A program made the translations under genes and the position numbers. Under the pieces are notes generated by a model. The model did not search any database. It was not told the origin of the DNA and saw nothing but the letters and a program-made list of their open reading frames with translations. From the NCBI GenBank assembly GCA_963801385.1, contig CAWDEV010000003.1, positions 338,687 through 402,686 on the forward strand: a stretch of 64,000 nt of DNA. The letters are read 5' to 3'. This document shows, piece by piece, positions 45,873-54,312 of this stretch; position 1 is the stretch's first letter, and every line of letters begins with the position of its first letter. This DNA is from an uncultured Chloroflexia bacterium. GTDB lineage: Bacteria > Chloroflexota > Anaerolineae > Anaerolineales > Villigracilaceae.

Positions 45873-46517
45873 TCATGGTGTGACGGGGAGGGCCTGGTTG
45901 GACTTCAGCACTTTCACTTCAGAAAAAGGCCAGTAGACCACCATTGCCTTGCCAAGCACGTTCTTCTCAGGCAGAAAACCCCAGGCGTGCGAGTCGGCCG
46001 AATTATTGCGGTTATCGCCCAGGACGAAGAGGTTTCCAGCCGGCACGGTCCATTCGCCGGAATACGTTGGAGCTGCGGCAATGTATGGTTCGCCGATGGA
46101 AGTGCCATTGATTTGCACAATCCCGTTGCCAATTTTCACCGTATCACCCGGAAGGGCGACAATGCGTTTAATATAATCCTCGTAATCATCGCTGATATTT
46201 GGCAGGCCAAGCAAACGCCGGAAGAAATCGGCCTCAGGGTACATGGGTGGACGGAAAACGATGATATCGCCACGCTGGAAAGTGCCAAGCTGGTACGCCA
46301 GGCGGTTGATAAGCACAAATTCGCCGTCCTGCAGAGTGGGGCGCATCGAGAACCCGTCCACGCGGACGCGTGCCGAGATGATGTTGATCACCAAAAAAAG
46401 GAGAACCGCCAAACCGAGCGTCTCCAAAATTTCCTGCACGAAATTCTTCCAGCCCGGTTTTGCCGGCGGAGCATCCGGGATGGGCTGGGGATTGTTCTCC
46501 GGGATAAAGTCAGTCAA
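45873..46517 (-). CDS. lepB: Signal peptidase I
   Basis: An N-terminal TM helix, GFSMRPTL (catalytic Ser box) and [11 protein letters not shown]. Confidence 0.9.
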   Translation of the reverse strand: MTDFIPENNPQPIPDAPPAKPGWKNFVQEILETLGLAVLLFLVINIISARVRVDGFSMRPTLQDGEFVLINRLAYQLGTFQRGDIIVFRPPMYPEADFFRRLLGLPNISDDYEDYIKRIVALPGDTVKIGNGIVQINGTSIGEPYIAAAPTYSGEWTVPAGNLFVLGDNRNNSADSHAWGFLPEKNVLGKAMVVYWPFSEVKVLKSNQALPVTP

Positions 46518-46538
46518 TGGAACCTCCAGAATGGGTCA

Positions 46539-47282
46539 TTATACCATTGGCGTTAAATGGCCCCAGGCCCAATATGTTGGCACGTACAAGAGGCGCTCGC
46601 CGCGCAGCCAGGCTTGTTTATCCAGGCGTTTCAAACGCTGCATTTCCTGCGGGGGAACCAGGCCGGCAAGATCGGCTTCCAGGACCGCCCATTCCATATC
46701 CTGTTCTTCGGGCGCAGGCGGACCCCCTCCATCGGCGCGCAAGCGGCCTGTTTCAATGAGCGGTATGCCTGCCTGACGGAATAATTCTTCCAGGTGTTCC
46801 CCCAGGCCTGGATCAGCTCCCTGCCGTTTCAAGGATTCAGCCTGCCCGCGGCCCAGCGCGGCCAGCTCGTCCGGCTTGTCGAGGCGGTGGTCATAATCGG
46901 GCTCAGCCAGGACCAGGATGTTCCCGCCGGGGCGGGTCAGGCGTTTCATTTCGCACAGAGCCTGCAACGGGTCACGCACCCACAGAAGCAGGAAATGACA
47001 AAAAATGATATCGAAGCTTGCGGAAGTATACGGCAGCGAGAGGGCATCCCCGCAGACGAGGCTGGCCTGCGGGGCATTCCGGTGAGCCTCCGCCAGGTGA
47101 GCGGGCTGGAGGTCAAGCCCGTGGATGGCGGCAGGTGTGTTCAGTCCAGAAATGATCGCGCCTGTCCCACAACCCACTTCAAGCACTCTGCGGGCAGATC
47201 CCAGACCGGTGCGTTTGAACAGATAGGCGCGCAGATCTTTCGTCCAGACGGCTTGCTGAACGTAGCGCTTATGCCACTCCAT
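46539..47282 (-). CDS. Class I SAM-dependent methyltransferase
   Basis: VLEVGCGTGAI is motif I. 247 aa. Confidence 0.8.
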   Translation of the reverse strand: MEWHKRYVQQAVWTKDLRAYLFKRTGLGSARRVLEVGCGTGAIISGLNTPAAIHGLDLQPAHLAEAHRNAPQASLVCGDALSLPYTSASFDIIFCHFLLLWVRDPLQALCEMKRLTRPGGNILVLAEPDYDHRLDKPDELAALGRGQAESLKRQGADPGLGEHLEELFRQAGIPLIETGRLRADGGGPPAPEEQDMEWAVLEADLAGLVPPQEMQRLKRLDKQAWLRGERLLYVPTYWAWGHLTPMV

Positions 47283-47838
47283 TCTCCAACCAATCCAGGA
47301 TGAATTTCACCTGCGCATCCGTCTCCGGAGATTGGGGATAAAGCCGGCTTTGCCCGGCTGTCCGGTAGAGTTCATTCAAACGGATAAGCGCCTGACCCCC
47401 GGTCAAGCCATGGCGGACCAACCAGCAGCCAACCGTCATGCCGGTGCGTCCAATGCCGCCCCAACAATGCAGATATACTTTGCGCCCTGCATTAAGGGAG
47501 GCGTCAATGGCATCCAGGAGGGTCAGCATGTGCGCATGTTCCGGCAGGCCCCAGTCCTGGATTTCGAGGCGTTGATATTGGATGGAGACGCCATACCGGG
47601 CAGCCTGATTCTGCAGCTCCGCCAGGTAAGGCGGCCTTTCCCCCGGGCGGGTCAGGTCGAAGAAGGTATCAAAACCGGCCTCCAGGAAGGCGACCAGGGA
47701 TGACCGGACAAAATCCTGATTGCGGCTGTTGGCCGGGTATCCCCCTGCCAAGAAAGATCCCGGAATGACCCAATATGATTCGGGGAAGGGTTTATCTGTC
47801 ATGAAGGAATCCCTCAGATCATGGCATGTGACAGTCAC
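47269..47838 (-). CDS. Dual-specificity / protein-tyrosine phosphatase-like protein
   Basis: The CX5R P-loop reads HCWGGIGRTG. Confidence 0.75.
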   Translation of the reverse strand: MTVTCHDLRDSFMTDKPFPESYWVIPGSFLAGGYPANSRNQDFVRSSLVAFLEAGFDTFFDLTRPGERPPYLAELQNQAARYGVSIQYQRLEIQDWGLPEHAHMLTLLDAIDASLNAGRKVYLHCWGGIGRTGMTVGCWLVRHGLTGGQALIRLNELYRTAGQSRLYPQSPETDAQVKFILDWLENGVA

Positions 47839-48275
47839 AAGGGTATCTCAAGCAGCACCTGGAGGATCTCTGCCGCGTCCCGCACCAGGGACCGGCAAAT
47901 GGTGGTGGATTTTCCCGTGCGTTTGACCTCCTGCCAGCCTTCGGGGGTGCTGATGTCGCAGCCAAGCAATTCGCGGCAAAGTAATGTACCGTGATTATTC
48001 TCAAACCGGCGCATAAACTCCTGCGAAAGCCGGTAAATATCCTCCTTGCCGGCGGGTGTATCGGCGCCGCGCGCCAGACCCAGGACCAGCAACCCTCCGG
48101 TGACCGCGCCGCAGATTTCGCCGCGCCGGGCCACGCCGCCGCCAAAAGGGGAAGCAAGTTTGAGTGCGGTCCTGCCAGCCAGGCCGAACTGCGCAGCGAA
48201 AGCTGAGAATACAGACTGTGAGCAGTTAAAACTTTTTCCAAAAACGGAGACAGCGGTTTCGGCAGGTGTGGACAT
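47835..48275 (-). CDS. C_GCAxxG_C_C-family protein
   Basis: FNCSQSV ... GEICGAVTGG ... C..LLGC pattern. Confidence 0.75.
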   Translation of the reverse strand: MSTPAETAVSVFGKSFNCSQSVFSAFAAQFGLAGRTALKLASPFGGGVARRGEICGAVTGGLLVLGLARGADTPAGKEDIYRLSQEFMRRFENNHGTLLCRELLGCDISTPEGWQEVKRTGKSTTICRSLVRDAAEILQVLLEIPL

Positions 48276-49255
48276 TAACCGTCTTCTCCATATACAAACA
48301 AGTCGCTGAGGGATTGGCGCGTGTAATTCCGGGAGATCGCTTCCGCAAAGACCGAGGCAACCGAAAGAACGGTCAGCTTGGGGAGCCGCTTTTCGGGAGG
48401 TATATAGACCGTATCAGTCGTCACGATTTCCGTGATCTGCGGAATGGCAACCAGCCTCTCCAGGCCGCCATGCACAAAAACACCATGCGTGCAGGCCACC
48501 CAGATCTCCTGAATGCCTTGTTCAATCAAGACCTGGCTGATCCCGGCGATGGAGCCTCCGGTCGAAATCTCATCATCATAGATAATGGCCCGATGGTGCC
48601 CTTGAATGGGCTGTCCCACCAATCCATTGATCTGCACCTGGGTGTCGGAGATGCGTTCCTTGTCCCCGGCTGCGACTGGCATCCCCAGGCCTTTCGCAAA
48701 ACGGGCGGCGGACTTGGCGTGTCCCATATCTGGAGCGACCACAACGGTACCGGACAGATCGCGGCCCTGGAAATGGCGATTGAAGACCGGGCGGCTGGTA
48801 AGCGGGTCCGCTGGAACGCTGAAAAAACCATGCACCTGGGGCGAGTGCAGCATCATCGTCATCACGTGGGTTGCGCCGGCAGTCTGGATCAGGTCAGCCA
48901 CCAGGCGGGCCGTGATGGAAATGCGCGGCGCATCTTTTTTGTCTGAACGGGCAAAGGAGAAGTATGGGATGATGGCATGGATCTCCCGGGCCGAGGCAGA
49001 ACGGGCAATATCGAGCATCATCAGCAGTTCGACCAGGTTGTCATTCACAGGCGGGGTGAGCGATTGGACAATATATACTTCCCTGGAGCGTACACTGGCA
49101 TCCAGTTGTATGTAAAGGTCGTCGTTGCTGAAACGGCTGATAAGGGTTTTGTCGAGAGGCAGGCCTAAAAGGGAGGCAATTTCGCCTGCCAGCTTCGGGT
49201 GGGAACTGCCGCTAAAAAAACGGACTTCATCCGGGTCAAGGATTGGTTGGGTCAT
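48275..49255 (-). CDS. prs: Ribose-phosphate pyrophosphokinase
   Basis: It starts at MTQPILD (AGGAGA 9 nt upstream) and has VVAPDMGHAKSA and IIYDDEISTGGS PRPP-binding loops. Confidence 0.9.
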   Translation of the reverse strand: MTQPILDPDEVRFFSGSSHPKLAGEIASLLGLPLDKTLISRFSNDDLYIQLDASVRSREVYIVQSLTPPVNDNLVELLMMLDIARSASAREIHAIIPYFSFARSDKKDAPRISITARLVADLIQTAGATHVMTMMLHSPQVHGFFSVPADPLTSRPVFNRHFQGRDLSGTVVVAPDMGHAKSAARFAKGLGMPVAAGDKERISDTQVQINGLVGQPIQGHHRAIIYDDEISTGGSIAGISQVLIEQGIQEIWVACTHGVFVHGGLERLVAIPQITEIVTTDTVYIPPEKRLPKLTVLSVASVFAEAISRNYTRQSLSDLFVYGEDG

Positions 49256-49321
49256 GTTTTCCATTCTCCTGGGGTAAGCCGGCAGCATATCTGCCGGGGA
49301 TTTTCTCGGCAATCTTCCATC

Positions 49322-50719
49322 TCATGGTTTGTAAATTTTTTCCCACGGATCTTTCAGGAAATTCCCCAGGATCTGGTCCGCCTGCCCCTGGGTCGGGAGA
49401 ACGTCACCGTCCGGTTCCACATAAAGCCAGGCTTTGCCTGCACCGGAGGGGACTTCGTCCTCGATGGTTTCATGGGATACCGGGTTTTCGGCGGAGTAGG
49501 GCACGGGCAGGTCCCAGCGCAGGGTCAGGCCCAGGCTGGAGGCCTGGTTGTGCAAACCATGCAGGGCTTCGTGCAGGGAGGCATCAGAGGCACCCAGCGA
49601 GAGGCTCTTTACCTGCAGCCCAGCCAGTTTTTGGAGCGTCTCACCGGATTGCGCAACGTTCCCCGGCGTGACAGTCAGGTGGACGGTGGTGTACAGGTCT
49701 TCCGGGAGAATGGTTTCAAGCGCCTGCCAGGAGGCCGGGTTCTCCGGCTGGAGGATGAAGAGCAGGTGGTCGAGACCGGTCCGCAGCAGGTTTTGCAGAT
49801 AGGTCTTATTGGCCAGCTTAAGACCGTCCGTAAGCAGGCCGGTGACCTGGCCGACCTTCTCGGCATGGGCGATCAGGGCAGGCAAATCATCGCGCAGGGT
49901 CGGCTCGCCACCGGTGAAGGTGATGTGCGGGATGCCAGCGGCCCAGGCCTTATTGAGGACGGACTGCCACTCTTCGGTGGTCAGTTCGCGGTCAACGCGC
50001 CGGGTGGGAGCATATTCCGCCTGGGTGCCGGTGGGCAGGCGGTAGGTCAGGGCACAGTCGAGGCGCAAGGGCGCGGTCAAATATTGGGAATGGGGTGCGA
50101 CCCGTTCGAAGTCCAGGTACGTGGTCGGATCCAGGTCAGGTGTATGGATCATGGTCTGGACACGGTCGCGGAAATCCTGGTAATCCTTCCTTGCCTCCGG
50201 CAGACTGATCTGATAGCGATCGGAAACCCGCTCGGCGACCACATCCGGTTCCGAACCTTTCATCATATGATAGGCGAACTCGGCGGCGGTGGCATTCAGG
50301 TGCAGGACTGTGGCAGCGTTGACGATCAGAATGCCGGAGCCATCCTTCAAGAGCCGGAGGTGCAGACGGTAGGCTGGTTCATCCGGTCCGGACTGGAAGG
50401 TATGGGTATCCGGGGGTAAAGGCGCCGCCCTTTTCGGCTTTTCGGCGAGGAACCAGAGCAGGATCGCTCCTGCCAGCAGGAGGACCAACTGGAGGATAAG
50501 GCCATATTTATGAAAAAAGCCGCGGCCCTCGGAAAGAAAGAAGATGGCCGCCCCCAGCAGGATCACAGCCCCGATCATGCGAACTGGCACGCCTTTAACC
50601 TTGTATTTGCTGACCCTGAGTCTGCCAGCAATGAGAAGATACGCGCCGAAAGCGAACATACAAACAGAGATAAAAATCCTTGCGACGAGGGATAAAGTTT
50701 GCGTTATGTTTGGGGACAT
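49322..50719 (-). CDS. Membrane-anchored PqqD-like RRE + degenerate (Cys-less) radical-SAM-like domain protein
   Basis: 465 aa with three N-terminal TM helices. The rest is a clear paralog of 52127..53450 (RLHLRLLKDGSGILIVNAATVLHLN; IPHITFTGGEPTLRDDLPALIAHAE). However, CxxxCxxC is replaced by LTYRLPTGTQAEYAP and the SPASM cysteines are absent. Confidence 0.7.
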   Translation of the reverse strand: MSPNITQTLSLVARIFISVCMFAFGAYLLIAGRLRVSKYKVKGVPVRMIGAVILLGAAIFFLSEGRGFFHKYGLILQLVLLLAGAILLWFLAEKPKRAAPLPPDTHTFQSGPDEPAYRLHLRLLKDGSGILIVNAATVLHLNATAAEFAYHMMKGSEPDVVAERVSDRYQISLPEARKDYQDFRDRVQTMIHTPDLDPTTYLDFERVAPHSQYLTAPLRLDCALTYRLPTGTQAEYAPTRRVDRELTTEEWQSVLNKAWAAGIPHITFTGGEPTLRDDLPALIAHAEKVGQVTGLLTDGLKLANKTYLQNLLRTGLDHLLFILQPENPASWQALETILPEDLYTTVHLTVTPGNVAQSGETLQKLAGLQVKSLSLGASDASLHEALHGLHNQASSLGLTLRWDLPVPYSAENPVSHETIEDEVPSGAGKAWLYVEPDGDVLPTQGQADQILGNFLKDPWEKIYKP

Positions 50720-50734
50720 CGCAGCCTCCTGTCA

Positions 50735-51082
50735 TTAATCGCGTATGAAGTGCGGCATTTCGATTGGAAGTTCCAAAGAAAGTTCAATGAAACCGGCATA
50801 TTCACCGTTGAGGTACCAAGGGGATTGATAAATAAGCTTCTTGACGCCGTTCTTCTCAATGGTATAAACATTGCGCTGGCGCGCCTTCATCAGGCCAGTC
50901 AATTCACTGCGCGCCGGCTCGGGGTGACAATCGAACACATTTTTACCAATCAGCGCGCGCCCGCCATCTTCTTCGAATGTCAAGGCAGATTTATCATTCA
51001 TTTCGATGATAATGCCATCCGGATCGCAGACGGTGACTGCGCCGGGGAATTCTTTGACCCAGGAATAATCAGCTGTTTTCAT
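50735..51082 (-). CDS. Small PAS-like protein
   Basis: 115 aa. VTVCDPDGIIIEMNDKSALTF...GKNVFDCHPE is PAS-like. It forms an ATGA overlap with the upstream peptidase gene. Confidence 0.55.
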   Translation of the reverse strand: MKTADYSWVKEFPGAVTVCDPDGIIIEMNDKSALTFEEDGGRALIGKNVFDCHPEPARSELTGLMKARQRNVYTIEKNGVKKLIYQSPWYLNGEYAGFIELSLELPIEMPHFIRD

Positions 51083-52110
51083 CGTAAAGGAGCCTCGAAT
51101 TGTGTCAAAAGATTGTAGAGAATGGAAATGAAGAGGTTCAAGTGCGCATCCACCCTGCCTGGGAAATTGGTATCCAGATATTCAAGCGTATCGTACTGCG
51201 TATGACGGATAACGCCGTGATCACCGAAACGCACATCCACTTGCGTGGAACCCTTTTTATTGCCAATGGTCCAGTTGGCAGCCTGGAAATAAGCGATAGG
51301 AATCCCGGCGTCCCGGAAGGGGGCGTAATCAGAGGAGCCCTTACCACTGGCCGGGTCGGTCAAATCGACATTCCGAATGGTCTGCAAATCGAAACCATTC
51401 CCGGTGGCCCACTCGAGTGCCCAGTCGCGCACGGACGACTGCGGGTCTTCGTCGCTGTAAACGTAGGCAATATCGCCGGCAACCAGGGAGTCGAGATCGA
51501 TCATGGCAATCACATTTTCGAATTCCTCCTGGCTCATCTGGTTCAGGTAAGCATAAGACCCCAATAAGCCGCTTTCTGCTGCGCCAAAAGCAATGAAACG
51601 GATGGTATAGGGGTTTCCTCCATTTTGGAGGAGCTTGGCCACTTCCAACATGACAGCCACGCCGGAGGCATTATCGTCTGCTCCGGGCGAGGCATCTGTA
51701 GAATCGTAGTGCGCCCCGACAATAATCTCCTGGGAAGAGCTCCCGGTTTTTATTGCGATCACATTGGCCGAGGTAATGTTCTTATCTCCAACGGTGGCGG
51801 TGAACGGCAGGGTTTCAGGTTCATACCCAATCGCTTTGAAAAAACTCGCGATGTACTGGGCAGCCTGAGTTTCCGCATCCGATCCCGGCACTCTTGCGCC
51901 CATGTTTGTAAAGTCCCGCATGAGAGGCCGCGCAACTTCCCCGCCATATTGGGCAACCGCTGCGGCTGGTTGTGAGGAGGAGGATGTACTCACCGGGAGC
52001 AGGGTTGCGGCTGCCGCAGTTGGCACGATCGGGGTGGCCCCACCGGCGATGTTACATCCATTCAAGACCAGCGCGACCAGGAGAAAAAGAGGTAGTATGC
52101 GTTTCATCAA
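51079..52110 (-). CDS. M28-family aminopeptidase, probable lipoprotein
   Basis: It has a lipobox (LVLNGC), HYDS...GADDNASGVAVMLE and zinc-ligand regions. Confidence 0.8.
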   Translation of the reverse strand: MMKRILPLFLLVALVLNGCNIAGGATPIVPTAAAATLLPVSTSSSSQPAAAVAQYGGEVARPLMRDFTNMGARVPGSDAETQAAQYIASFFKAIGYEPETLPFTATVGDKNITSANVIAIKTGSSSQEIIVGAHYDSTDASPGADDNASGVAVMLEVAKLLQNGGNPYTIRFIAFGAAESGLLGSYAYLNQMSQEEFENVIAMIDLDSLVAGDIAYVYSDEDPQSSVRDWALEWATGNGFDLQTIRNVDLTDPASGKGSSDYAPFRDAGIPIAYFQAANWTIGNKKGSTQVDVRFGDHGVIRHTQYDTLEYLDTNFPGRVDAHLNLFISILYNLLTQFEAPLR

Positions 52111-52126
52111 GTATTACTCCTTATAT

Positions 52127-53450
52127 TTAAGATAGAGAAAGAATATTCATGGATTCAAACTGTAATGGACAACCACCGCCACATTCGGCCAACAGGGCAC
52201 AGCCAACGCACTTCTGGGGCAGATTTTTTCGTTCACGCAACTGGACTGCCAACGAATGGTTCCAGATGGACTCCCATTCATCAGTCAGCAGGTTGCCAAG
52301 CGGCTGATAATACGACTGGCAGGGCAGGACATTCCCGTCGGGTTCGACACACATGTTATACAGAGCTGCTGTGCAGCCCTTCACGCCCAGATCAAGCGCC
52401 ATCGGGTCAAAATTACAATAGCGGGTCGGCGTATACCAGATGAGACGCTGGCCGCGCATTCCAGTTTTTTGACGGGCGATCTCCAGCAGCGCGGCCAACT
52501 CAGACTCGGCCAATCCCGTCCCGACCACAAGGCCGCGCCCTGCGTGGATTAAAGCATTGAGCCCAACGGTCGGGACACCCGTCTCAGCCAGGAAATCCAG
52601 CGTGGCCGGGATGGTGTGGACATTCGTCTGCAGCATGGTGGTGTTGGTCATCGCGAAGAGCGGGCTGGCCAGGACATTCTTCAGGCCCTTGACCGTCTGG
52701 AGGAAGGCGCCTTTTGCATGCACCATCTGGTCATGCACTTCAGCCTCGCTCGAACTCAAGCGTGATCTGCACATGGTCCAACCCGGCCTCGACCAGCGTC
52801 TCAACGTAATGGGCGTCCGACAGGCGGCGGGCATTTGTATTAAGGCCGGTGATCTGGCCGTTATGCTCGGCGTGAGCAATCAACTCCGGCAGGTCTGCGC
52901 GCAGGGTCGGTTCGCCGCCAGTGAATATGATGTGCGGGATGCCCAACTCCCAGGCTCTATCGATGATGCGCTTCCAACTGCTGGTGGAAAGTTCAGCACT
53001 CATGCCCGATTTCTCTTCCGATGGAAGACGGGAAGGATGTTGAACATTGTAACAATGGGCACAGTCGTTATTGCAGCGATAGGTGAGCGCCAGGTCCAGG
53101 CGATATGGGGCAGTGGGACGCGCCGAGAACGGCATGATCGTTTCCAACCCCAGCTCATGGATCGGGCAGGCACCATCCGGACGGACAAGTTCCTCGAGCT
53201 GGCTGCGCAATGCGGCAAGGTCTGCGCGGGCCTGTGCTTTGCCGACGGAATATTTTTTCCGGATCAGGCGAACGGCCTCCTTTTCGGAGGTCTCCTCCAG
53301 GACGCAGTATGCCATCAGCGCGGCAGTCGGGTTCAGGTGCAGGATCCGGTTGGCGTTGATGATCAAGGTGCCATGGCCATCCGGATCCAGGCGCAGGTGG
53401 ATGCGGCTCTTTTCCTCCACCCCTTCGCGGCGGTAGTGATGGATGCTCAT
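52127..53450 (-). pseudogene. PqqD-like RRE + radical SAM + SPASM maturase, interrupted by a +1 frameshift near 52754
   Basis: The upstream frame has RIHLRLDPDGHG (RRE), LTYRCNNDCAHCYN and FTGGEPTL, and ends ...DHVQITLEFERG*. The downstream frame continues SSEAEVHDQMVHAKGAF... to the SPASM motif CVGCALLAECGGGC. I trimmed the start to MSIHHYR (53450) because the ORF upstream reads through REP repeats. Confidence 0.75.
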
Positions 53451-53463
53451 GACGGTCTTCTGA

Positions 53464-53543
53464 GTTCGAAGTCTGGAGACTTCGGACTCCGTAATCTTGG
53501 ACTCCGTAATCTTGGACTCCGAAGTCTCGAGACTTCGGAGTCC
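53464..53543. repeat. REP cluster: two palindromes (GTTCGAAGTCTGGAGACTTCGGAC; GGACTCCGAAGTCTCGAGACTTCGGAGTCC) plus GGACTCCGTAATCTT x2
   Basis: Read directly. It lies immediately 3' of the RAYT gene. Confidence 0.75.
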
Positions 53544-53601
53544 GTCATCGTGAACTGAAGGCTTTTTCTTCACCTTGCGAGTAAATAAATCCTGGATACC
53601 T

Positions 53602-54135
53602 TTAAAATTCTGGGACATCTTCAACCTCTATGGGTGCTTTTCCAACATCAAACCACTCTTTTTCAATAAAATCCATATAGTTGGAATATGGATATTCTGC
53701 TGGATCCTGAATCAACCCATGCTTGACTGGATTCCAAAAAACGTATCGAAGCCGGTTCAGGTAATCCTCAATAGACCGAATGCAAGTATCCCAATAATTC
53801 CACCACACCTTGCGGCCAACAGACTTATCTTCTGCATTCCATCGGCGTGCAGTGAACTTGTGATAACTTGCCACAAATTTTGACAGGCTACCTGGATCGT
53901 TTAGAGGTGATTCCAGGATTACATGGTAATGGTTGTCCATCACAACCCAGGCAATGGCTTTCCAATGGTAAAGCTCGGATGAAGTAAGAAGTGCTTCTGC
54001 AAGCTCTCTCTTACGGCTATTATTTTGGATGAGAGGCTGTCCTTTATAGACCGAACCAGTAAGCATATATAACTGATCTCCCACGAATATATGGGGGGGA
54101 GTGTGATGACCCGGCTTGAATATGATTTCAGTCAT
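53602..54135 (-). CDS. REP-associated tyrosine transposase (RAYT; IS200/IS605 Y1 HUH family)
   Basis: ORF 53602..54240 is trimmed to MTEIIFKPGHH. It has the HUH motif NHYHVIL and the catalytic-Tyr helix YVFWNPVKHGL, and is flanked on both sides by REP arrays. Confidence 0.8.
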   Translation of the reverse strand: MTEIIFKPGHHTPPHIFVGDQLYMLTGSVYKGQPLIQNNSRKRELAEALLTSSELYHWKAIAWVVMDNHYHVILESPLNDPGSLSKFVASYHKFTARRWNAEDKSVGRKVWWNYWDTCIRSIEDYLNRLRYVFWNPVKHGLIQDPAEYPYSNYMDFIEKEWFDVGKAPIEVEDVPEF

Positions 54136-54177
54136 TTTGACATTTCCGAAGAACAACCTTACCAAGTATTCGGGGAA

Positions 54178-54296
54178 TCCGACGTCTGGAGACGTCGGAC
54201 TCCGTGTATCCGAAGTCTGGGGACTTCGGAGTCCTTGCATCCGAAGTCTGGGGACTTCGGAGTCCTTGTATCCGACGTCTGGAGACGTCGGGGTCC
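54178..54296. repeat. Array of four roughly 31-bp REP units (ATCCGAAGTCTGGGGACTTCGGAGTCC / ATCCGACGTCTGGAGACGTCGGACTCC)
   Basis: Four tandem palindromic units read directly, lying immediately 5' of the RAYT gene. Confidence 0.8.
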
Positions 54297-54312
54297 AGGA
54301 CTGGGGAGTACG

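Noticed and set aside
49199-50419. 406-aa plus-strand ORF overlapping prs and the pseudo-rSAM gene
   Set aside because: It lies antisense to two genes with clear family signatures. Its composition is Gly/Arg/Val/Gln-rich and repetitive, with no motifs.
52557-53558. 333-aa plus-strand ORF opposite the rSAM/SPASM gene
   Set aside because: It is an antisense shadow. Its end reads through the REP palindromes (GLRNLGLRNLGLRSLETSES), which is a repeat-translation artefact.
53451-53624. N-terminal extension of the rSAM ORF (MKMSQNFKG...GLRSLETSESKITESKITESEVSRLRT) overlapping the RAYT 3' end
   Set aside because: The repetitive peptide is simply the translated REP cluster. Family homology (the RRE) begins right after MSIHHYR at 53450.
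54136-54240. N-terminal extension of the RAYT ORF (MQGLRSPQTSDTRSPTSPDVG...)
   Set aside because: It is a translation of the upstream REP array. Y1-transposase homology starts near MTEIIFKPGHH.
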